A model generated the notes under the pieces. That model searched no databases. It was not told where the DNA came from and was given only the letters and a program-made list of their open reading frames with translations. Shown here piece after piece: positions 1 through 5,569 of a DNA stretch of 6,299 bases. Made by a program: the position numbers and the translations under genes. Origin of the DNA: a virus; the IMG/VR virus record IMGVR_UViG_3300020030_000075, positions 1 to 6,299 of that record; one strand, written 5' to 3'. The stretch's first letter is position 1; every line of letters begins with the position of its first letter.

Positions 1-121
1 AGGCACAAGGTACTTCCCAGTTGCTTGATGCTGAAGCTAAGACCGTTCTTAACAGGTATCTTGACCAACAGCAGCAGGCTGATCTGAATGTCAAGGCTTC
101 TGAGTATTACAACCAGATGTC
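1..121. repeat. Terminal direct repeat: assembly overlap of a circular genome, identical to 6179..6299
   Basis: Read base by base: 1..121 is the same string as 6179..6299. The offset is 6178 nt. The repeat lies inside a coding frame that closes across the junction. Confidence 0.95.
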
Positions 122-452
122 TCATGGTCATTTGAATTATAGCCAGGCTAAAAAGGTTCTTGCTGATGAGGTCTTGACTTATGCTCGTGCTAAAGGTCAA
201 AAGATTAGCAACAAGGTTGCTGAAGCTACTGCTGATTCTTTGATCCGTGCTTCTAACGCAACTAATCATTCGAATGCTGAATTTGAATCTGAAGCTGCTA
301 AATTTAACCGCGAACGTGCTCGTTCTCGTAGTATTGAGGATTGGTATCGTTCCCGTAATGAAGGCAAGAAATATAAGTATTATGACGCCGATAAGGCCGT
401 TCATTATGGTACTGCTATTGGCAATACTGTAGGAAACTTTCTGCCCTGGTAG
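1..452 (+). CDS. VP2: VP2 minor capsid / DNA pilot protein, C-terminal part, continuing 5569..6299 across the circular junction
   Basis: The first full codon starts at 3 and the stop is TAG at 450..452. Position 21 corresponds to 6199, which is in the same frame as the ATG at 5569 (both are 1 mod 3 in genome coordinates). The track start at 21 (TTG) is therefore an artefact of the window edge. The sequence is Q/N/A-rich and coiled-coil-like with a basic tail (RERARSRS, KKYKYY), as expected for microvirus pilot proteins. Confidence 0.85.
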   Translation, partial: AQGTSQLLDAEAKTVLNRYLDQQQQADLNVKASEYYNQMSHGHLNYSQAKKVLADEVLTYARAKGQKISNKVAEATADSLIRASNATNHSNAEFESEAAKFNRERARSRSIEDWYRSRNEGKKYKYYDADKAVHYGTAIGNTVGNFLPW

Positions 453-853
453 TATCTTCTGCTTTTTTGTTTATTGTGTGTTTACCCGGCTCGTAGTGAT
501 ACGCGTCGGGTTTTGTTGCTTGGAGTAACTTCCGGCAACCGCGCGTAGCGTGGTTATACACCTACTGAATTCCGGGAGACTCGTCGACTGGAATCAGAGC
601 CGTTAGGCTATAGTACTGCCATCCTGGAAACTTGACGCTTGCAACGCGTAGGCAATCTCCCGGAGAACTTCTCTCTGCCGTCGCCGCTATACCCCTAAAA
701 TATTGTTTGACGAAGTCTACATGAGTTTGTCCGGAGGAAAAGCGATTTACCTCATCGCTTTCAGTCTCCCCTTGTCTTATATACGCAAACTCACAGACTA
801 GCCTGCCACCCGCATAGCTTATTGTTTATTAATGTTAATATTTCACGTTGACA
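453..853. other. ORF-free, GC-enriched, highly self-complementary intergenic region; candidate complementary-strand origin and/or structured RNA
   Basis: No ORF of 60 aa or more on either strand. Hand count of 541..600 gives 33/60 G+C. Coding stretch 3541..3600 gives 21/60 G+C and 31/60 T. Helices I could pair by eye: 484..511; 515..539; 537..555 (8 bp, 3-nt loop); long-range 571..579 with 656..664 (9 perfect bp); 598..609; 733..769 (perfect 8-bp core AAAGCGAT/ATCGCTTT); and an enclosing helix 715..730 with 785..798. Confidence 0.6.
484..518 (+). terminator. Candidate rho-independent terminator downstream of VP2
   Basis: The stem is A-CCCGGC-(T)-CGTA, loop GTGA, TACG-(C)-GTCGGG-T at 484..511, with one internal mismatch and a GNRA-type loop. 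T-rich TTTTGTTG follows at 511..518. It sits about 30 nt after the VP2 stop codon. Confidence 0.5.
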
Positions 854-886
854 TTTGCTTTATTCAAATTTTTGTTCATATCTTTG
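854..886 (+). promoter_or_regulatory. Candidate Bacteroidetes-type promoter (-33 TTTG / -7 TAnnTTTG)
   Basis: TTTG lies at 854..857, followed by a 21-nt spacer and then TATCTTTG at 879..886. This matches the Bacteroides primary-sigma consensus as I recall it (TTTG, roughly 19-21 nt, TAnnTTTG). It lies about 40 nt upstream of the first ORF of the gene string (ATG at 928). A TTGACA hexamer at 848..853 directly abuts the -33 TTTG. Confidence 0.4.
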
Positions 887-927
887 CCTCTGTCTTTAAA
901 ACATGTCTAATTTAAATTTTTGATTTT

Positions 928-1101
928 ATGGAAAAGTATTATCTGTGTTCTATTCAGTCGAAGGTAAATCCTAATCAGAACGAGACTGTTCTTGTACCCG
1001 TTGACGAAGTTTCTGCATTCGTTTCTTCAAATCTTCGTCCGGACTGTATTCTCATCCTTTCTCAATGTTCAACTTTTAAAGCCATTTCTGATGAAAAGTG
1101 A
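928..1101 (+). CDS. Hypothetical small protein, 57 aa (MEKYYLCSIQSKVNPNQNETVLVPVDEVSAFVSSNLRPDCILILSQCSTFKAISDEK)
   Basis: ATG at 928 and TGA at 1099..1101. It is absent from the track, presumably because it falls below the length cut-off. Third codon positions are T-rich, like the confirmed genes. It is the first ORF after the promoter-like motif. I recognise no family. Confidence 0.4.
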   Translation: MEKYYLCSIQSKVNPNQNETVLVPVDEVSAFVSSNLRPDCILILSQCSTFKAISDEK

Positions 1102-1180
1102 AACTAAATCTAAAATCTGGTCTGCTGTTATTGCAGCTGCTGTCAGCCTTCTTACGTCTATTGCCCAAATTTTTTCGTAA
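1091..1180 (+). CDS. 29-aa signal-peptide-like / single-TM mini-protein (MKSETKSKIWSAVIAAAVSLLTSIAQIFS); candidate holin-like partner or detached signal peptide of the downstream peptidase
   Basis: ATG at 1091 and TAA at 1178..1180. The layout is a charged N-region (MKSETKSK), a hydrophobic stretch of about 17-20 aa, then small residues S-I-A. It is in the same frame as the peptidase gene, which starts 3 nt after the stop. The track's TTG-started 992..1180 version adds an F/L-rich off-frame-looking extension, which I do not trust. Confidence 0.4.
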   Translation: MKSETKSKIWSAVIAAAVSLLTSIAQIFS

Positions 1181-1183
1181 GTC

Positions 1184-1492
1184 ATGAACCCCGAATTAAT
1201 GAAATTCCTTGGATGGCTTCTCTGTCGGAATGTCCATTTTACTGTTACTTCTGCTTTTCGTACCAAGGAACAGAATGAGGCATGTAATGGTTCTAAAACT
1301 TCTCAGCATCTGACTGGAGACGCCGTTGATCTTAAGCCTGTCGACCTTACGGTTGATGGTTTCCTCTCGTTGGTTAGGGTTTCTCCCTTTAAATTTGACC
1401 AACTTATAAAATATCGCACATTTGTTCATGTTTCCTTTGCTCGTGGCCGTAATCCTCGTCAAATGGAATTAGATTTTACAGATAGAAAATGA
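1184..1492 (+). CDS. Zinc D-Ala-D-Ala carboxypeptidase-like peptidase (Peptidase M15 / LAS-type), putative endolysin, 102 aa
   Basis: VTSAFRTKEQNEACNGSKTSQHLTGDAVDL matches the M15_3-type core (SGYR..N..GG..SxH..GxAxD) as I recall it. The H-x6-D pair is H42 and D49, and a second His (H82) lies in TFVHVSF. The ATG is at 1184. The TGA at 1490..1492 overlaps the VP4 start (ATGA). Confidence 0.85.
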   Translation: MNPELMKFLGWLLCRNVHFTVTSAFRTKEQNEACNGSKTSQHLTGDAVDLKPVDLTVDGFLSLVRVSPFKFDQLIKYRTFVHVSFARGRNPRQMELDFTDRK

Positions 1493-3198
1493 TTACTAAG
1501 GAATTGCAGAATAAGCTGGTGACTCGTTGTCAGCATCCTCGTACGGTTATTAATAAGTACACGCGCGAGCCCGTTGTTGTTTCTTGTGGCTCTTGCCCGT
1601 CTTGTATTCTTCGTCGTTCTGGTGTTCAGACCAACCTTCTCACTACTTATTCTACCCAATTCCGTTATGTATATTTTGTTACTCTTACTTATGCTCCTTG
1701 TTTCCTCCCTACTTTGGAAGTTTCGGTTGTTGAGACTTGTACGGATGATATCGCGGATGTTTCCGTCGTTCCCGATATTGATGACTTGGACCCTGGTGAC
1801 CCTAACACTTATTTGTTTGGTTTTCGTAGCGTTCCTCGTTCTGCCTCTGTTAAGTTAAAAACCTCTACTGTTGAGCGTACCTTCAAAGACTCCGAGATAA
1901 AATTTTCTTATCCTATGAAACCTAAGGATTTATTGTCTATTCTTGGTAAGATTAACCATAATATTCCTAATAGGATTCCTTATGTATGTAATCGTGATCT
2001 TGATTTATTTTTGAAACGTTTAAGAAGTTACTACCCAGATGAAAAATTACGTTACTACGCTGTATCAGAATATGGGCCGACTAGTTACCGCCCGCATTGG
2101 CATTTGTTATTGTTTTCCAATTCCGACCGATTCTCGCAAACTGTTCTTGAAAATGTATCTAAAGCTTGGTCTTATGGTCGTTGTGATGCGTCACTCTCGC
2201 GAGGATTCGCAGCTCCGTATGTTGCGTCGTATGTTAATAGTTTTGTCGCTTTACCCTCTTTTTATACGGAGATGCCAAGATTATTGCGACCAAAATCCTT
2301 CCACTCCATTGGATTTACAGACTCAAATCTCTTCCCTCGAAAGGTCCGAATTGCCGAAATTGATGAAGTTGCCGATAAGTGTCTTAATGGAATACGCGTT
2401 GAACGGGATGGCTACTTTCGGATTCTTAAGCCTTCGTGGCCGTATATCCTTCGATTATTCCCCCGATTTTCAGACTCTATTCGTAAATCTTCATCGAGTA
2501 TTTACCAGCTATTATCTGCTGCGTTTACAGCGCCCGAACGAGTCATTCGTAGCGGATTCTCTGATTTGAGTTGTGACCCTTTTAACCCTAATCCTCTGTC
2601 TAAACAGAGCTTATTGTCTTTTTGTAAACAGTATTTAAATTATGTAGATAATTATGGAAAGGAATATTCTTCAAAAAATTTACTTGTACCAAAGGAAAAT
2701 TTACCGTATAGCGATATTCTTGTTCTTACTGAATGTCGTCTCTATGATGGTGTTAATTTGGACCCGGATTTTCGTTTATCCCGCTGCTATCGATTCTTTC
2801 TCTCGATGTCTAAATTCTTTCGGACATATTATGATGAGTTCGGAGCAAACTTCTATCCCGAGTCCGAGCGATATGCCGGCTGCTTTGCGTGTCGAGACAG
2901 AACGTTTCGAATCCTCTCCGAATCAATAGTATCCTTTTGGAATCGTTATGACTATAATCGTCTGGTTGATTTTTATCAGACTTTGGAAGATTCCAATGAT
3001 AAGGATTTGGTTGATTTTGAGCTTCGTAATTATTCGTTTCGTTATAATAGGATTGACTTTGGTAAGAAAGCGGAGCCCGATTATCAAAAACTTCCTCTTG
3101 TTCGTCGTTTGGCCGCCGCTGCATTGATTAAATGCAGGGATAAGGTCAAACACAAGAGGTTGAATGATTTGTCTGGTATCTATTCTTACTCTGATTAA
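1489..3198 (+). CDS. VP4: Replication initiation protein VP4 (HUH rolling-circle endonuclease, phiX174 gpA-like), 569 aa
   Basis: RCR motif I FVTLTY lies at 1675..1692. The HUH motif HWHLLLF lies at 2095..2115. The two-tyrosine motif YVASYVNS lies at 2218..2235 (Y-x3-Y, close to the YVAKYVNK I recall in phiX174 A). There is an N-terminal Cys cluster (C14, C33, C36, C39; SCGSCPSC). Confidence 0.93.
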   Translation: MITKELQNKLVTRCQHPRTVINKYTREPVVVSCGSCPSCILRRSGVQTNLLTTYSTQFRYVYFVTLTYAPCFLPTLEVSVVETCTDDIADVSVVPDIDDLDPGDPNTYLFGFRSVPRSASVKLKTSTVERTFKDSEIKFSYPMKPKDLLSILGKINHNIPNRIPYVCNRDLDLFLKRLRSYYPDEKLRYYAVSEYGPTSYRPHWHLLLFSNSDRFSQTVLENVSKAWSYGRCDASLSRGFAAPYVASYVNSFVALPSFYTEMPRLLRPKSFHSIGFTDSNLFPRKVRIAEIDEVADKCLNGIRVERDGYFRILKPSWPYILRLFPRFSDSIRKSSSSIYQLLSAAFTAPERVIRSGFSDLSCDPFNPNPLSKQSLLSFCKQYLNYVDNYGKEYSSKNLLVPKENLPYSDILVLTECRLYDGVNLDPDFRLSRCYRFFLSMSKFFRTYYDEFGANFYPESERYAGCFACRDRTFRILSESIVSFWNRYDYNRLVDFYQTLEDSNDKDLVDFELRNYSFRYNRIDFGKKAEPDYQKLPLVRRLAAAALIKCRDKVKHKRLNDLSGIYSYSD

Positions 3199-3224
3199 TA
3201 TGTTTCACTAAATTATTTTTTTTT

Positions 3225-5072
3225 ATGGCTTCTTACACCGGAATGTCCAATCTTCAGAACCATCCTCACCGTTCTGGATTTGATATTGGACGTAAAAATG
3301 CTTTTACTGCAAAGGTTGGTGAGCTTCTCCCTGTCTATTGGGATATTTCTATGCCTGGTGACAAGTATAAGTTTAACGTTGAGTATTTCACCCGTACTCA
3401 GCCTGTTGAAACTTCTGCTTATACTCGGTTGCGTGAATACTTTGATTTTTATGCTGTGCCGTTGCGTCTTCTCTGGAAGTCTGCGCCTTCTGTATTGACA
3501 CAGATGCAGGACGTCAACCAGATCCAGGCTTTGTCTTTGACACAGAATTTGGCTCTTGGTACTTATTTGCCTTCTCTTTCTTTGTTTCGTTTATTTGATG
3601 CTATCAGCTATCTTAATGGCAATTCTTCAAATCCGGATAGTTCATCTGGTTATAAAAACTCTTTTGGTTTTTCTCGTGCTGATTTGTCTTTCAAATTGTT
3701 GAATTATCTTGGTTATGGAAATTTTATTTCTTCTGCCCCTTCTGATAATTCTCGTTGGTGGTCTACATCTTTACGAAAAAATAGTGCCTCGTCGTCTTAT
3801 TCTCAACAGTATATCCAGAATAGTATTGTAAATCTTTTCCCTCTTCTTGCTTATCAGAAAATTTATCAGGATTTTTTCCGTTGGTCTCAGTGGGAAAATA
3901 GCAATCCTTCTTCTTATAATGTTGATTATTTCACGGGAACTTCTCCTCAGTTGGTTGATTCTTTGCCTAATTTGGCTTCTAACTATTGGAAATCCGATAC
4001 AATGTTTGACCTCAAATATTGCAACTGGAACAAGGACATGCTGATGGGTGTTCTCCCGAATTCCCAGTTTGGAGATGTTGCTGTAATTGACCTTCCTACC
4101 GGAGGTGCCAGCCTTACTGTTGCTGATACTAATGGCTCTCTGCATCCTGTTGGTACTGCTACTGTCATGTCTTCTGGCATTGCTACTTCTCCTGTCGGTG
4201 TTCAGTTGTCTTCCGGTCAAACGGTAAAAGCTGGTTCTATCTTTTCTGTTGATGTTAAGGATATTGCTTCTAAGTTTACGGTTCTTGCCCTTCGCCAGGC
4301 CGAAGCGCTTCAGCGTTGGAAAGAAATCAGTCAGTCCGGTGATTCCGACTATCGTGAACAGATTCGCAAACATTTTGGTGTGAATTTGCCCCAGGCTCTT
4401 TCCAATATGTGCACCTATATTGGTGGTATCTCCCGTAACTTTGATATCAGTGAGGTTGTGAACAATAACCTTGCTGCTGAAAAAGATACTGCCGTTATTG
4501 CCGGTAAGGGTGTCGGTGCAGGAAACGGTTCTTTCACTTATACTACTGATGAACATTGTGTCGTTATGTGCATTTATCATGCCGTTCCTCTTCTCGATTA
4601 CACTATTACTGGCCAGGACGGTCAGTTGTTGGTTACTGACGCCGAGTCCCTCCCGATTCCGGAGTTTGATAATATTGGTATGGAGGTTCTTCCTATGACG
4701 CAGATTTTCAATTCTCCGAAAGCTTCTGTTGTCGATTTGTTCAATGCTGGATACAATCCTCGTTATTTCAACTGGAAGACCAAGCTTGATGTCATTAATG
4801 GTGCCTTCACCACTACTCTTAAGTCTTGGGTTTCTCCTGTTACCGAGTCTCTCCTTTCCGGATGGTTTGGTTTTGGTTATCAAGAAGGTGATGTTGACAA
4901 GAATACCAGGGTTGTTTTGAATTATAAATTCTTTAAGGTTAATCCTTCTGTTCTTGATCCTATTTTCGGCGTTAACGTTGATTCTACTTGGGATACTGAC
5001 CAGTTGTTGGTTAATTCTTATATCGGTTGCTATGTTGCCCGTAATTTGTCTCGTGATGGTGTACCTTACTAA
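3225..5072 (+). CDS. VP1: Major capsid protein VP1 (Microviridae F-protein family), 615 aa
   Basis: N-terminus: NLQNHPHRSGFDIGRKNAFTAKVGELLPVYWDISMPGDKYKF. Internal: LLAYQKIYQDFFRW and LRQAEALQRWKEISQSGDSDYREQIRKHFGV. These are the conserved blocks I recognise from microvirus capsid proteins, and the FTAKVGELLP form is the Alpavirinae-like flavour. The ATG is preceded by a T9 run (3216..3224) with no Shine-Dalgarno sequence. Confidence 0.95.
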   Translation: MASYTGMSNLQNHPHRSGFDIGRKNAFTAKVGELLPVYWDISMPGDKYKFNVEYFTRTQPVETSAYTRLREYFDFYAVPLRLLWKSAPSVLTQMQDVNQIQALSLTQNLALGTYLPSLSLFRLFDAISYLNGNSSNPDSSSGYKNSFGFSRADLSFKLLNYLGYGNFISSAPSDNSRWWSTSLRKNSASSSYSQQYIQNSIVNLFPLLAYQKIYQDFFRWSQWENSNPSSYNVDYFTGTSPQLVDSLPNLASNYWKSDTMFDLKYCNWNKDMLMGVLPNSQFGDVAVIDLPTGGASLTVADTNGSLHPVGTATVMSSGIATSPVGVQLSSGQTVKAGSIFSVDVKDIASKFTVLALRQAEALQRWKEISQSGDSDYREQIRKHFGVNLPQALSNMCTYIGGISRNFDISEVVNNNLAAEKDTAVIAGKGVGAGNGSFTYTTDEHCVVMCIYHAVPLLDYTITGQDGQLLVTDAESLPIPEFDNIGMEVLPMTQIFNSPKASVVDLFNAGYNPRYFNWKTKLDVINGAFTTTLKSWVSPVTESLLSGWFGFGYQEGDVDKNTRVVLNYKFFKVNPSVLDPIFGVNVDSTWDTDQLLVNSYIGCYVARNLSRDGVPY

Positions 5073-5086
5073 ATCTTGTTTTGATT

Positions 5087-5569
5087 ATGATTGGAAAATT
5101 TAATAGTTTGGATAGTCTGGAACAAGGTTCTGGACTTACCCCTAATGTTACTCCGGATGCTTTTGCAGTTGCTCCCGAATTTGATTCTACCGAGCAGCTT
5201 CGTGTTGAAATTTATGATAACGAAGAAGACCGTCCGGTGCGTTATACTTCTGATATTCGTCTGATTCTTCATACCAAGGACTTGGCTTCCCGTGCCGGTC
5301 TTGCTGTTGCCTCCAAGTTTGGACAGAACAAGCAGTCCGTCTCTCAGATTCAGCAGATTATGGACAGGATGTCTGACGATGACCTTTTGTCGACGGTTCG
5401 CTCCCGTCATATCCAGTCTCCTTCTGAGATTATTGCCTGGTCTAAGGAGTTGTCGGCTTATGCTGAAAATCTTGAAGCCCAGGCACAGGAATTGATTGAT
5501 GCTGAAAACGCTAAACAAGAAGCAGAAAAGGCGGCTGCTGCTTCCGCCGATGCTGCTTCCTCTGAATAA
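5087..5569 (+). CDS. Hypothetical acidic protein, 160 aa; positional candidate for the internal scaffolding protein (VP3-like)
   Basis: The first ATG is at 5087; the track begins at a TTG at 5081. The gene lies between VP1 and VP2. It has an acidic, Ala/Glu-rich helical C-terminus (AQAQELIDAENAKQEAEKAAAASADAASSE). Its TAA (5567..5569) overlaps the VP2 ATG (TAATG). The function is inferred only from position and composition. Confidence 0.7.
   Translation: MIGKFNSLDSLEQGSGLTPNVTPDAFAVAPEFDSTEQLRVEIYDNEEDRPVRYTSDIRLILHTKDLASRAGLAVASKFGQNKQSVSQIQQIMDRMSDDDLLSTVRSRHIQSPSEIIAWSKELSAYAENLEAQAQELIDAENAKQEAEKAAAASADAASSE

Noticed and set aside
606-620. GGC-TATAGTACT-GCC stem-loop whose loop resembles the TAGTATTAC nonanucleotide of CRESS-DNA virus origins
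   Set aside because: The stem is only 3 bp, and there are two mismatches to the nonanucleotide. Microvirus gpA-type Reps are not known to use that motif.
629-635. AACTTGA in the noncoding region, matching the cleavage-site heptamer of the phiX174 origin (CAACTTG/ATATTAAT)
   Set aside because: The match is only a 7-mer, and the downstream AT-rich part of the phiX origin is absent (ACGCTTGC follows here). A 7-mer match is expected by chance at appreciable frequency in about 6 kb. The true nick site of this Rep cannot be called from the sequence alone.
721-915. Small ORFs in the noncoding region: 721..801 (26 aa, MSLSGGKAIYLIAFSLPLSYIRKLTD) and 832..915 (27 aa, MLIFHVDICFIQIFVHIFASVFKTCLI)
   Set aside because: The first is made almost entirely of the two arms of the 715..798 stem-loop domain. 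The second overlaps the promoter-like motif, and its hydrophobicity is a by-product of the T-rich sequence. Neither has supporting context.
992-1090. TTG-initiated N-terminal extensions proposed by the track: 992 for the mini-ORF, 5081 for the scaffold-position gene, and 21 for VP2
   Set aside because: The 992..1090 extension is F/L-rich off-frame-type sequence overlapping ORF 928..1101, and an ATG at 1091 gives a clean signal-peptide-like start. For 5081, an ATG follows two codons later at 5087. Position 21 is internal to VP2 once the genome is circularised.
1088-1105. A CTGATGA...GAAAC string resembling hammerhead ribozyme core boxes
   Set aside because: There are only 5 nt between the boxes, which leaves no room for stem II. 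I could find no flanking stems I or III. The string lies inside overlapping coding sequence.
1574-2569. Same-strand overlapping ORFs in the +1 frame of VP4 (1574..1858, 94 aa, very hydrophobic; 2039..2569, 176 aa), with analogous ones inside VP1, VP2 and the scaffold-position gene (247..432, 3280..3498, 3847..4044, 4471..4698, 4729..4920, 5292..5495)
   Set aside because: In the +1 frame, the T-rich third codon position becomes the middle base. This gives NTN codons (L/F/I/V/M), which are never stops, so long hydrophobic ORFs arise automatically. Several also rely on TTG starts. The phiX174 lysis gene E is an overprinted +1-frame membrane protein, so an E-like gene cannot be formally excluded. 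Only synonymous-site constraint analysis across relatives could rescue one of these.
3771-4883. A 370-aa antisense ORF inside VP1, and similar minus-strand ORFs at 1196..1462, 2923..3153, 5069..5587 and 5584..5985
   Set aside because: Each one is codon-aligned with the sense gene; for example, 4881 is the first position of a VP1 codon. Sense codons end mostly in T, so antisense codons start mostly with A and cannot be stops. An antisense stop would require a sense TTA, CTA or TCA codon, and these are rare here. The translations are low in complexity with no recognisable motifs. They are shadow ORFs.
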